56,466 bases of DNA from Actinomycetota bacterium (GTDB lineage Bacteria > Actinomycetota > UBA4738 > HRBIN12): contig JACQDK010000005.1 of assembly GCA_016201135.1 (NCBI GenBank), positions 1 to 56,466 of the forward strand. Reading direction: 5' to 3'. Shown here one piece after another: positions 27,291-37,289 of the stretch. The number at the start of each line of letters is the position of its first letter. The stretch's first letter is position 1. The position numbers and the translations under genes were made by a program. Below the pieces are notes generated by a model. It was not told where the DNA came from, did no database searches, and saw only the letters and a program-made list of their open reading frames with translations.

Positions 27291-27988
27291 CCGCCGTGAC
27301 CGTCGAGGCCCAGGACCTGGAGACCCGGGAGGTGAACCGGGCGATCAAGCGGTCGATCGCCGACGGGGCCAAGGAGATCCACGTCCTACACCCGGCCGGC
27401 CGCCACTCGTTCGCGGTGGCTCTCAGGGCCGACGACGTGAAGGTGGTGTTCGAGGGCCCGACCGGGTGGTACACGGCCGGCATGAACTTCGGCCCGCACG
27501 TCGTGATCGAGGGCAACACGGGCTGGGGCGTCGGCGAGTGCATGATGGGCGGCCGGATCGAGGTGCTGGGGCACGCCGGCTCGGGCACCGCGGCCTCGAT
27601 CCGCGGAGGCCTCGTCTACGTGCAGGGCGACACCGGCGCCCGCGCCGGCATCGCGATGAAGGGCGGCGCGCTCGTCGTCGGCGGGGACTCGGGCTACATG
27701 ACCGGATTCATGATGCAACGCGGCACGATCGTGATCTGCGGCGACGCGGCCGACGGGATCGGCGACTCGATGTACGAGGGCACGATCTACGTGGGGGGCT
27801 CGATCGCCTCACGCGGCGCCGACGCCGAGATCGAGGAGGTCACCGACGAGGATCGAGTGCTCCTCAAGCAGATGCTCGGCGACGTGGGCATCGACGAGAA
27901 CGTCGACGGGTTCACGAAGATCGTGTCGGGCCGCAAGCTCTGGAACTTCTCCACCAAGGAGCCCGAGCTGTGGAAGTCGGCGCTGTGA
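27287..27988 (+). CDS. mgsB: N-methylglutamate synthase subunit B (GXGXG), copy 2
   Basis: ATGA overlap; PAGRHSFAVAL, GWYTAGMN, GWGVGECMMGG, GARAGIAMKGG, GDSMYEG, RKLWNF. Confidence 0.85.
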   Translation: MTAVTVEAQDLETREVNRAIKRSIADGAKEIHVLHPAGRHSFAVALRADDVKVVFEGPTGWYTAGMNFGPHVVIEGNTGWGVGECMMGGRIEVLGHAGSGTAASIRGGLVYVQGDTGARAGIAMKGGALVVGGDSGYMTGFMMQRGTIVICGDAADGIGDSMYEGTIYVGGSIASRGADAEIEEVTDEDRVLLKQMLGDVGIDENVDGFTKIVSGRKLWNFSTKEPELWKSAL

Positions 27989-28001
27989 GGAAGGTTCGGC
28001 C

Positions 28002-29393
28002 ATGACCGAGAGCGACGAACGCCACGAGGGCCTCTTCACGCTGCGCGAGTCACCGGTGTGGCCGAGGCACGTGATCGAGGAGATCCAGCTGAAGTCGCAG
28101 CTGGGGCGCTACCACATCCAGGGGTTCTCGATGCACCGCCGGGGCGTGCCGACCTTGGACGACCTCACCTTCGTGCCCTGCACGCTGTCTCGCGTTCCGC
28201 TCGAGGGGTACCGGGAGAAGTGCCAGACCAGGACCGTGCTCGGGACGCGCTTCGCCGAGAACCCCGTGGTCCTGGACCGGCCGATCACGATCGCCGGCAT
28301 GAGCTACGGAGCGCTCTCCGCCAACGCGAAGACCGCGCTGGGTCGGGCGGCGAAGCGGGCCGGCATATCCACGACGACCGGCGACGGGGGCATGTGCGGT
28401 GAGGAGCGCGAGGAGGTAGACCTGATGGTCTACCAGGTGCTCCCGTCGAGGTACGGGTTCAACCCCGACCACATGAAGCTGGCTCAGGCGGTCGAGGTGG
28501 TGGTCGGGCAGGGGGCCAAGCCGGGGACCGGAGGCCTGCTGCTCGGCGCGAAGGTCTCCGAGACGATCGCCGAACAGCGCACGCTGCCCGTCGGCGTCGA
28601 CCAGCGCTCGCCCGTGCGCCACCCGGACTTCATCGGGCCCGACGACCTGCAGCTCAAGATCGAGGAGATCCGTGAGGCCACGGACTGGAAGGTCCCCGTT
28701 TACGTGAAGATGGGCGCGTCGCGCACCGCGGACGACGTCAAGCTGGCCGTGAAGGCCGGCGCCGACGTCCTCGTGATCGACGGGATGGAGGGGGGCACGG
28801 GGGCATCGCCCGACGTGCTGCTCGACCACACCGGCATCCCGACGCTCTCCGCGCTCAGCGAGGCCATGCGCGCCCTGGACGACATGAAGGCCATCGGCGA
28901 GGTGCAGGTCGTGATCTCCGGCGGCATCAAGAACGGCGTCGACGCGGCCAAGGCGCTCGCGCTCGGGGCCGACGCGGTCTCGATCGGCACGGCCGCGCTG
29001 ATCGCGCTGAACTGCAACGCCCCCCTTTACGAGGAGGACTACGCGAAGCTCGGGGTGCAGCCCGGCTTCTGCCACCACTGCCACACGAGCCGCTGCCCGG
29101 TGGGGATAACGACCCAAGATCCCGAGCTGATGAAGCGCCTGCAGGTCGACGAGGCCGCCGATCGAGTGTTCAACTTCCTGCAATCGATGACCATGGAGAT
29201 GCAGATGATGGCCCGGGCGTGCGGCAAGAACGACGTTCACGACCTGGAGGCCGAGGACATGCGGGCGCTCTCGCTGGAGGCCTCGCTGATCACCGGGATC
29301 CCTCTCGCGGGCACGGACTTTACCCTGCGGCCCGAGGACATCGCGGCGGCGGTCGCGGCGCGGATCTCGGGCGCGAACGGTCAGGGGCACTGA
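28002..29393 (+). CDS. mgsC: N-methylglutamate synthase subunit C (FMN-binding), copy 2
   Basis: SRVPLEGYREKC, GMSYGALSANAK, TTTGDGGM, YQVLPSRYG, GQGAKPGTGG, CHHCHTSRCPVG. Confidence 0.87.
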   Translation: MTESDERHEGLFTLRESPVWPRHVIEEIQLKSQLGRYHIQGFSMHRRGVPTLDDLTFVPCTLSRVPLEGYREKCQTRTVLGTRFAENPVVLDRPITIAGMSYGALSANAKTALGRAAKRAGISTTTGDGGMCGEEREEVDLMVYQVLPSRYGFNPDHMKLAQAVEVVVGQGAKPGTGGLLLGAKVSETIAEQRTLPVGVDQRSPVRHPDFIGPDDLQLKIEEIREATDWKVPVYVKMGASRTADDVKLAVKAGADVLVIDGMEGGTGASPDVLLDHTGIPTLSALSEAMRALDDMKAIGEVQVVISGGIKNGVDAAKALALGADAVSIGTAALIALNCNAPLYEEDYAKLGVQPGFCHHCHTSRCPVGITTQDPELMKRLQVDEAADRVFNFLQSMTMEMQMMARACGKNDVHDLEAEDMRALSLEASLITGIPLAGTDFTLRPEDIAAAVAARISGANGQGH

Positions 29394-29400
29394 TCGCGAG

Positions 29401-29694
29401 ATGACGTTCCTGATTACCTGCCCCAACTGCGGCCCGCGCGAAGCGCTGGAGTTCTCCTACGGGGGCGAGATCACGCGCAGAGCGGGGCCCGGCTCCTCGT
29501 CGGCAGAGCTCACTGGCTACCTCTTCTTCCGCGAGAACGCGAACGGTTGGCAGACGGAGTGGTGGCTCCACCGGGACGGCTGCCGGATGTGGTTCTTGGC
29601 CGAGCGCCACACCTTCACGAACGAGATCCGCCGGACGTACCCACCCGGCTCCGAGCCGCCGGTGGACGCCCAGGCACCGGAGGGGGCAGCATGA
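29401..29694 (+). CDS. soxD: Sarcosine oxidase delta-like subunit (N-methylglutamate dehydrogenase MgdB)
   Basis: ITCPNCGPR...EFSYGGE...YLFFREN...EWWLHRDGCRMWF..ERHT (Zn site). Confidence 0.85.
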   Translation: MTFLITCPNCGPREALEFSYGGEITRRAGPGSSSAELTGYLFFRENANGWQTEWWLHRDGCRMWFLAERHTFTNEIRRTYPPGSEPPVDAQAPEGAA

Positions 29695-32507
29695 GCGGCC
29701 GTCTCCCCGCTCGCCCGGGCGAGGCCATCGATCGCGGCCGGCCACTGACCATCGACTTCGAGGGCCGCCGCGCTCCGGCGTTCGAGGGGGACACGGTTGG
29801 CTCGGCGCTCGCCGCCGCGGGTGTCACCATCACCGGGCGCTCGTTCAAGTACCACCGGCCGCGCGGCCTGATGTGCATGACCGGCGCGTGCCCGAACTGC
29901 CTGATGCAGATCGACGGCATCCCCAACGTGAGGTCCTGCACCGAGCCGGTGCGCGAGGGCATGCGCGTGGAACGGCAGAACGCCTGGCCCAGCGTCGACC
30001 GCGACGTGCACGGGGTGCTCGACTCCTTCTCTTTCATGATGCCGCCGGGCTTCTACTACAAGGTGTTCCAGCGGCCGCGCTGGGCCTGGTCCAAGGTCGA
30101 GCCGATCATCCGCAAGCAGGCGGGCCTCGGGAAGGTTCCCCGGACGGAAGACCACGAGCCGCGCGAGGTGGTGAACCTGCACGCCGACGTCGCGGTGATC
30201 GGGGGAGGTCTGGCGGGGCTCGCGGCCGCCGCCGAGGCAGCGGCGGCAGGCGCGAGCACGGTCCTGCTGGAGCAGAGGAGGGAAGCGGGCGGCCGTGCGC
30301 TCGGCTCGGCGGACGACGTCGACCGGGCGCGCCTGGTCGCCGAGGCGGAGGCTTCGGGTGCGAGGATCCTGCTCGGGACCGCGGCGTTCGGCGTCTTCGA
30401 CGGGCCGGTCGTCGCGGCCGTGGGTGGTGGAGGCCTCCAGCGGATCCGGGCGCGGCACCTCGTGTTCGCGACGGGCGCCGTGGAACAGCCGGCCGTGTTC
30501 CCGAACAACGACCTGCCGGGAGTGATGCTCTCCTCGGCGGTGGAGCTCCTCGTCAACCGGTTCCGGGTGCTGCCGGGACGCCGGGCGGTGGTCCTTACTT
30601 CGAACCAGGACGGCTACCGAGCGGCTCGCACCCTCCGAGACGCCGGCGCCGACGTTTTCGTCGTGGATCTGCGCGCCGGCGCCGGGAGCGCCGACGGCCT
30701 GCGGGTGATCCCCGGCTCGACGATCCTGTCGGCGAAGGGGCGGCGCGGGGTCACCGCCGTCTCGGTTGGCGCGCCCGGATCGGCGACAGGACAGAGCATC
30801 CCGTGCGACCTGGTGGTGCTGGCCGGGTTCTCCGCGCCGTCCACGAACCTGCTCGCCATGACCGGCGCGAAGCTGGGGTTCGACGACGACGCTCAGGCTT
30901 TCTTGCCGGTGGAGCTGCCTCCCGATGTCCACGCGGTGGGAGCTGTAGCCGGCGCGCGCACCGTGCAGGGCGCTATCGCGCAGGGCCGGCTTGCCGGGCT
31001 CGAGGCCGCTGCGGCGGTGGGCCAGGAGCCACCGGGCGCGGCGGGGCGGATGGAGGTCCTGCGCGCCCAGGCGGCCGAGCGGGGCGATCCGGTGGTTCTG
31101 CCGCCGGAGGTGGCGACCGGCGAGGGGAAGCAGTTCGCGTGCCTTTGCATGGACGTCACCAGCAAGGAGCTCAAGGCCGCGGCGGCAGAGGGCTTCGACT
31201 CGATGGAGCTCCTGAAGCGCTACACCACGGTCTCGATGGGGCCCTGCCAGGGCAAGGCCTGCATGCTCTCGGCGCAGCGGCTCTGCGCCCGCGCGGCCGG
31301 CTCCTCGTTCGCCGAGACCCGGCCCACCACGGCGCGTCCGCCCTGGACTCCGGTGGAGCTGGGTGCGCTCGCGGGCTGGCGGCGCACCCCGAGGAAGGAG
31401 ACGACGATCCACGACCTGCACGCCGACTCCGGCGCCACGTTCATGTGGGCCGGCGACTGGCGCCGTCCGCACCACTTCGCCACTCCCGAACAGGAGGTCG
31501 AGGCCGTGCGGCATCGCGTCGGTGTGATCGACGTGAGCACCCTGGGGAAGTTCCGTGTGAAGGGGCCCGAGGCGGTCGAGCTGCTGGAGCGGCTGTACCC
31601 GAACCGTTTCGGCGATCTGGCCGTGGGGCGGGTCCGCTACGGCGCGATGCTGAACGACGAAGGGGTGATCCTGGACGACGGCGCGGTGTGCCGCGTCGGC
31701 GACGACGAGTTCTTCGTGACCGTGACCACCGGCAACACGGCCGCTCTCGAGCGGTGGATCACATGGTGGCTCGCCGACTGGCGCCTGGACGTGCGGGTTC
31801 TGAACGTGACCGGCGCCTTCGCGGCGCTGAACCTCGCCGGCCCCGATTCCAGGAAGGTCATGAGTGTCCTCACCGACGCGGACGTGTCGAGCGAAGCAGT
31901 GAAGTACATGTCGGCCTCCTCCTTCGAGGTGGCCGGGGTGCCCTCGCTGGTGCTGCGGATCGGCTTCGTCGGCGAGCTGGGCTACGAGATCCACTTCCCG
32001 TCGATGTACGGCGAGCACGTTTGGCGGGCGGTGATGGAGGCCGGCCGCCCGTTCGGCATCGTGCCGTTCGGCCTCGAGGCCCAGCGCGTCCTGCGGCTGG
32101 AGAAGCAGCACATCCTGGTCGGGCAGGACACCGACGCCGAGTCCGATCCGTTCGAGGTGGGCCTGGGTTGGATGGTGAAGGCCGACAAGCCGGACTTCCT
32201 CGGCAGGCGAGCGCTCGAGGACCTCGCGGAAGCCGGGCCCAAGGAGCGGCTGGTCGGGTTCACCTGCGATCCGTCCTGGCTCCCGCCCGAAGGCGCCTCG
32301 GTGGTACATGAGGGCGTGTGGGTGGGGCGCGTGACCTCGGCTCGCCGGAGCGCGGCGGCCAGGAGCGTGGTGGGCCTGGCGTGGGTCCCGGCCGGCTGGG
32401 CCGAGGACGACACCGAGATCGAGATCCAGTTCGGCGGCGCCCACGCGAAGGCGAAGGTCGCCCTGAAGCCCTTCTACGACCCCGAGGGCGCGAGGTTGCG
32501 GTCGTGA
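29691..32507 (+). CDS. soxA: Sarcosine oxidase alpha-like subunit (MgdC; FeS + NAD-binding + GcvT domains)
   Basis: GRSFKYHRPRG, VIGGGLAGL, ATGAVEQP..FPNNDLPG, LKRYTT.SMGPCQGK, IDVSTLGK, GELGYEI, LRLEK; ATGA overlap. Confidence 0.88.
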   Translation: MSGRLPARPGEAIDRGRPLTIDFEGRRAPAFEGDTVGSALAAAGVTITGRSFKYHRPRGLMCMTGACPNCLMQIDGIPNVRSCTEPVREGMRVERQNAWPSVDRDVHGVLDSFSFMMPPGFYYKVFQRPRWAWSKVEPIIRKQAGLGKVPRTEDHEPREVVNLHADVAVIGGGLAGLAAAAEAAAAGASTVLLEQRREAGGRALGSADDVDRARLVAEAEASGARILLGTAAFGVFDGPVVAAVGGGGLQRIRARHLVFATGAVEQPAVFPNNDLPGVMLSSAVELLVNRFRVLPGRRAVVLTSNQDGYRAARTLRDAGADVFVVDLRAGAGSADGLRVIPGSTILSAKGRRGVTAVSVGAPGSATGQSIPCDLVVLAGFSAPSTNLLAMTGAKLGFDDDAQAFLPVELPPDVHAVGAVAGARTVQGAIAQGRLAGLEAAAAVGQEPPGAAGRMEVLRAQAAERGDPVVLPPEVATGEGKQFACLCMDVTSKELKAAAAEGFDSMELLKRYTTVSMGPCQGKACMLSAQRLCARAAGSSFAETRPTTARPPWTPVELGALAGWRRTPRKETTIHDLHADSGATFMWAGDWRRPHHFATPEQEVEAVRHRVGVIDVSTLGKFRVKGPEAVELLERLYPNRFGDLAVGRVRYGAMLNDEGVILDDGAVCRVGDDEFFVTVTTGNTAALERWITWWLADWRLDVRVLNVTGAFAALNLAGPDSRKVMSVLTDADVSSEAVKYMSASSFEVAGVPSLVLRIGFVGELGYEIHFPSMYGEHVWRAVMEAGRPFGIVPFGLEAQRVLRLEKQHILVGQDTDAESDPFEVGLGWMVKADKPDFLGRRALEDLAEAGPKERLVGFTCDPSWLPPEGASVVHEGVWVGRVTSARRSAAARSVVGLAWVPAGWAEDDTEIEIQFGGAHAKAKVALKPFYDPEGARLRS

Positions 32508-33133
32508 TCGCCGCCACGCGCCGCTCGCCTATCGCCCGCCTGAGCGCCTCGCTCGGCGCGAGCGTGGAGACGGAGGCCGGTTGGGAGATCGCGGCCCACT
32601 ACGGGGACGAGGCGGCCGAGCGGGCCCTCCTCAGGGACCTCGTGGCGGTGGCCGACGTCACACCCCGGGGGAAGATCGACCTGCGCGGGGAGATCGACGG
32701 TGGAGTGCTGACCGCGGCCGGCGAGGTCCTCACGGCCCGGATGTGGGATGGATGGGCCCTGCTGCTGACCGAGCCGGGGGGCGAGGAAGCGGTGCTGGAT
32801 CGCGCGGACGCGGCCGCGGGCCCGCGCGCGATGGCGACGGACGTCACGCACCTCTTCGCCGGCCTCGCGCTCGCGGGCCCGAAGCTCGAGGACGCGCTCG
32901 CGCGGCTCACCTCGTGGGATCCATCGACGCTGGCGCCGGGGTCGGCGACCGGCGCCTCTATCGGCGACGTCCGCGCCGTGCTGGTGCGCCGCGACATCGG
33001 GATCCCAGTGCTCGAGGCGTACGTCGCGACCGAGTTCGCGCGCTACGCCTGGGAGACGGTGCTCGGGGTCGTCCGGCGGCTCGGCGGCGGCCCCGCCGGC
33101 TGGCGCGCCCTACGCGCGGAGGGGTGGAGCTGA
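32504..33133 (+). CDS. soxG: Sarcosine oxidase gamma-like subunit (MgdD)
   Basis: GTGA overlap; VADVTPRGKIDLRG, TDVTHLFAGLALAGP, FARYAWETV. Confidence 0.75.
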   Translation: MIAATRRSPIARLSASLGASVETEAGWEIAAHYGDEAAERALLRDLVAVADVTPRGKIDLRGEIDGGVLTAAGEVLTARMWDGWALLLTEPGGEEAVLDRADAAAGPRAMATDVTHLFAGLALAGPKLEDALARLTSWDPSTLAPGSATGASIGDVRAVLVRRDIGIPVLEAYVATEFARYAWETVLGVVRRLGGGPAGWRALRAEGWS

Positions 33134-34347
33134 TGCATCCGGTCCGGTACTTCAAGCCCTGGCGCATGTGGCGCCACCACGACGTCGAGAAGACGTACGA
33201 CGTGGTGATCGTCGGCGGCGGGGCGCACGGCCTGGCCATGGCCTACGAGCTCGCGAAGCGCGGCGTGAAGAAGGTGGCGGTCCTCGAGAAGAGCTACATC
33301 GGAGCCGGAGGCAGCGGCCGCAACACCACGATCGTCCGTGCGAACTACCGCACGCCGGAGGGTGTGGCCTTCTACAAGGAGGCCCTGCGCCTCTACGAGC
33401 AGCTCGCCCAGGAGCTCGACTACAACCTGCTCTTCTCGCAGCAGGGGCACCTCACGCTCGCTCACGCCGAGCGCGCGGTGAACGTGGCCCACGAGCGCGC
33501 TGAGGTCAACCGGCTCCTCGGAGTGGACTCCAGGGTGATCTACCCCGACGAGATCGGAAGGCTCTGCCCCGTGCTCGATCTCTCGGACCGTCCCGCGTTC
33601 CCGATCATGGCCGCGCTCTACCACCCGCCGGGCGGCGTGATCCGCCACGACGCGGTGGTGTGGGCCTACGCTCGCCAGGCGGACCGCATGGGCGTGCACA
33701 TCCACCAGGACACCGAGGTGACCGGGGTCGTCGTCGAGGACGGCCGCGTGGCGGGGGTCCGGACCTCGCGCGGGGACATCTCCACGCGCGTCGTGGTCTC
33801 GGCGGTGGCCGGATGGACGAGCGAGGTGGCCAGGATGGCCGGGGTGCGCGTCCCCATCGTCACGCACCCGCTACAGGCCTTCGTGACCGAGCCCCTGAAG
33901 CCGTTCCTCCACGTGATCCTGGTCTCGGCGACCCTGCACGTGTACGTGTCGCAGACCGACCGCGGCGAGGTGCTGATCGGCTCGGAGATCGAGCCTTACT
34001 CCTCGTACTCGCAGGCCTCCACGCTCAACTTCCTCGAGGTCACGGCGAAGCACGCCCTGGAGCTCCTGCCGATGCTGGGTCGCGTGAAGATGATGCGCGC
34101 ATGGGGAGGGCTCTGCGACGTCACGCCCGACTACTCCCCGATCATGGGCCTCACCGACGTCGACGGGTTCCTGCTCGACGGCGGGTGGGGGACCTACGGC
34201 TTCAAGGCCACGCCGATCGTCGGGGTGACGATGGCAGACCTGATCCACACGGGGCGGGTTCCTGACCTGATCGCGCCCTTCGCCGTCTCGCGCTTCTGGG
34301 AGCGCAGGCTGGTCTCCGAGATCGCCGCCGCGGCCGTCTCGCACTGA
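33133..34347 (+). CDS. soxB: Sarcosine oxidase beta-like FAD subunit (MgdA)
   Basis: YDVVIVGGGAHGLA, GSGRNTTIVRANY, RHDAVVWAYAR, HPLQAFVTEP, YVSQTDRGE, GWGTYGFKATP, AAAVSH. Confidence 0.9.
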   Translation: MHPVRYFKPWRMWRHHDVEKTYDVVIVGGGAHGLAMAYELAKRGVKKVAVLEKSYIGAGGSGRNTTIVRANYRTPEGVAFYKEALRLYEQLAQELDYNLLFSQQGHLTLAHAERAVNVAHERAEVNRLLGVDSRVIYPDEIGRLCPVLDLSDRPAFPIMAALYHPPGGVIRHDAVVWAYARQADRMGVHIHQDTEVTGVVVEDGRVAGVRTSRGDISTRVVVSAVAGWTSEVARMAGVRVPIVTHPLQAFVTEPLKPFLHVILVSATLHVYVSQTDRGEVLIGSEIEPYSSYSQASTLNFLEVTAKHALELLPMLGRVKMMRAWGGLCDVTPDYSPIMGLTDVDGFLLDGGWGTYGFKATPIVGVTMADLIHTGRVPDLIAPFAVSRFWERRLVSEIAAAAVSH

Positions 34348-34374
34348 ACGGTGCGCGCAGGTCGATAATGACCC

Positions 34375-35214
34375 ATGGCCGCCTCGGACCCGCTCCGCCG
34401 GACCGTCTCGCCGGCCAGGGTCGTGGTCGTGCGGGGCGGCGTGCGCTCGGAGCGGGCCGACACGCTCGCCACCGAGGAGCCGATGGAGATCCGCGTGGCC
34501 GGCCCGGGCCAGGAGGCGCGGAGCGTCGCCGTCACCATGCGGACCCCGGGCGGCGACTACGAGCTAGCGGTGGGGTTCCTGTTCACGGAGGGGCTGGTCC
34601 GGCCCGGCGACATCCAGCGCGTGGCGTACTGCGACGATCTGGAGGACCAGGAGCAGCGCTACAACGTCGTCACCGTGACGCTCTCTCGTCCCTTCGACTT
34701 CGACCTGCTCCGCCGGAACTTCTACGCGACCTCGTCGTGCGGGATCTGCGGGAAGGCGGCGCTGGAGGACGTGGAGGTCCGCTGCGCGCCCGTCGCCGAC
34801 GGGCCCGAGGTGCGGGCGGAGGTGCTGGCCGGCCTGCCCGAGCAGCTCCGCGCCGCGCAGAAGGTATTCGAGCGGACCGGAGGGCTGCACGCGGCCGGAC
34901 TCTTCACCGCGGGGGGCAAGGTCGTCTCGCTCCGCGAGGACGTGGGGCGGCACAACGCGGTCGACAAGGTGATCGGCGAGCACGTGCTGACCGGCGGCGT
35001 TCCGCTAGCCGGTCACGTCCTGCAGGTGAGCGGCCGGGCGTCGTTCGAGATCGTGCAGAAGGCGGCGATGGCGGGGATCCCGATCGTGGCCGCGGTCTCC
35101 GCACCGTCCTCGCTCGCCGTCGAGGCGGGGGACCGGTTCGGGATGACGATCGTGGGGTTCGTCCGAGACGGGCGTTTCAACGTGTACTCGCGCCCGGACC
35201 GCGTGGCCGGCTAG
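34375..35214 (+). CDS. fdhD: Formate dehydrogenase accessory sulfurtransferase FdhD
   Basis: EEPMEIR, TMRTPG, SSCGICG, TGGLHAA, EDVGRHNAVDKVIG, SGRASFE. Confidence 0.95.
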   Translation: MAASDPLRRTVSPARVVVVRGGVRSERADTLATEEPMEIRVAGPGQEARSVAVTMRTPGGDYELAVGFLFTEGLVRPGDIQRVAYCDDLEDQEQRYNVVTVTLSRPFDFDLLRRNFYATSSCGICGKAALEDVEVRCAPVADGPEVRAEVLAGLPEQLRAAQKVFERTGGLHAAGLFTAGGKVVSLREDVGRHNAVDKVIGEHVLTGGVPLAGHVLQVSGRASFEIVQKAAMAGIPIVAAVSAPSSLAVEAGDRFGMTIVGFVRDGRFNVYSRPDRVAG

Positions 35215-35359
35215 TGGCGGGTGGCGCCACGCTTCGCAGGGCGCTCGATGTGGTCCGTGGGGACCGCGGGTCATCCGCGCTGTCATCCCCCAGGGGCCGG
35301 CGACACTACAATCCACCCCAAGTTCCGGAGGAAGAAGAAAGAGGAAAGGAGCCAACTCG

Positions 35360-37282
35360 ATGCCGAACGGGCTAACGCGACTGACCGAGCCGATGGTCCG
35401 CGACGATGGGACGCTGCGCGCCGCCACGTGGGAGGAGGCCCTCGACCGGGCCGCTGCGGGGCTGCGAGCCGCGACCGAGCGGAACGGAGGAGACGGGGTC
35501 GGCCTGTTCAGCTGCTCCAAGGCCACCAACGAGATGAACTTCATGGCACAGAAGTTCGCTCGGCAGGTCTTGCGCAGCAACAACATCGATAGCTGCAACC
35601 GCACCTGACACGCTCCTTCTGTGGTCGGTCTGGCCACGGTGTTCGGAGCCGGAGGCGGCACCAGCTCATACGAGGAGGTCGAGAACGCCGACCTCGTCAT
35701 CTTGTGGGGGTCGAACGCGCGGAGCGCGCATCCGATCTTCTTCCACCACGTCCTCAAGGCGGTGAACCGGGGGGCGAAGCTGATCGTGGTCGACCCGCGG
35801 CGCACGGGGTCGGCCGAATGGGCCGACCTGTGGCTGGGGATCGACGTGGGTACCGACATAGCGCTCTCGAACGCGATGGCGCGCGAGATCATCGTGAGCG
35901 GTCTGCATCACAGCGCCTTCGTCGATGGCGCCACCCTCGGCTTCGAGGAGTACCGAGACTCCGTGATGGACTGGACCCTCGAGCGCGGTGAGGCCGTCAC
36001 GGGAGTGCCCGGCGAGGCGATCCGCGAGGTGGCACACGCGTACGCGCAGGCGGGTCGCGCGATCCTTTGCTGGACCCTCGGCATCACCGAGCACCACAAC
36101 GCGGTAGACAACGTCCTTTCGCTCATCAACCTCGGGTTGCTCACAGGACACGTGGGGAGGTACGGATCGGGCCTGAACCCGCTCCGGGGCCAGAACAACG
36201 TTCAGGGCGGCGGGGACATGGGCGCGATCCCGAACAAGCTCCCGGGCTTCCAGGACATCGAGAAGGACGCCGACGCCCGTGCGCGGTTCGAGGCCGCGTG
36301 GGGCGTGCCCATCGCGCCCAGGGCCGGTTGGCACCTCTCGAAGATGTTCGAGGCGATGGAACGCGGCGACCTCACGGCCTGCTACGTGATCGGCGAGAAC
36401 CCGGTCGTATCGGAGGCGGACAGCTCCAGGGCGACGCGGCTGCTGGAGGACCTGGATTGCCTGATCGTCCAGGACATCTTCCTCACGCAGACGGCGAAGA
36501 TCGCCGACGTGGTCTTCCCGGCCGCGGCTTCGTGGGCCGAGAGCGAGGGGACCGTCACGAACAGCGAGCGCAGGGTCCAGCGCGTGCGCAGGGCGCTGGA
36601 CCCGCCGGGCGAGGCGAAGGACGACATCTGGATCATCGAGCAGCTGGCCGCTCGCCTGGGGGCCGAATGGGGCGGAGTGACGCCCAGGCAGGCCTGGGAC
36701 GAGTGCCGCTCGCTCGCCCCGAAGATGTTCGGGGGCATGACCTACGAGCGGCTGGAGGCCCTATCGGGGATCCAGTGGCCCTGTCCCGACGAGGCGCACC
36801 CCGGAACCCAGTTCCTGCACGCCCGGCTGTGGGAGTTCGACGACCCCGATCGACAGGGCCCGAAGGCGCCGTTCAGCGTGGTCGTCGACGAGCCGCCGGT
36901 CGACGAGCTCACCGACGAGTACCCGATCCGCCTCACGACCGGCCGCCGGCTGGACTCGTACAACTCGGGCGTGCAGTCGGGGCAGTTCACCTCGCCGCTC
37001 CGCAGGCCCGAGGAGATCGAGATCTCGCCCGAGGACGCGGAGCGGCTCGGCCTGCAGGAGGGGGAGTGCGTGGCCGTCACGTCTCGACGCGGCTCGGTCG
37101 AGGCGCCGGTCCGCGTCACGCCGGCCGTCCGCCCGGGCCTGGCCTTCATGACGCTCCACTTCCCCGACCAGGTGGCGACCAACGCCCTCACGATCGAGGC
37201 TTGGGACCCGAAGTCCGGCACGTCCGAGTTCAAGGCCACCGCGATCCGCATCGAGAAGCTGCCCGCGAAGGTCGAGGCGTAG
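35360..37282 (+). CDS. fdhF: Formate dehydrogenase catalytic subunit (Mo/W-bisPGD), selenocysteine at TGA 35606-35608
   Basis: ORFs 35360..35608 and 35621..37282 join in frame as NNIDSCNRT-U-HAPSVVGLATVFG, the position of the metal-ligating Sec of FdhF (ARV-U-HGPS). Also LRGQNNVQG, GTVTNSERRVQ, LTTGR. Confidence 0.92.
35609..35649 (+). promoter_or_regulatory. Bacterial SECIS element
   Basis: Directly 3' of the UGA: lower stem GCTCC/GGAGC, upper stem GTGGTC/GGCCAC, apical GGTCT loop matching the E. coli fdhF SECIS. Confidence 0.8.
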
Positions 37283-37289
37283 GAGGCGA

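Noticed and set aside
35260-35312. DosR-like box before fdh (GGGACCGCGGGTCA)
   Set aside because: The right half-site is poor and the spacing to TACAAT (35307-35312) does not match the usp/tmd geometry.
35606-35608. FDH pseudogene with a nonsense codon
   Set aside because: The TGA is at the catalytic Sec/Cys position and is followed by a SECIS-like hairpin.
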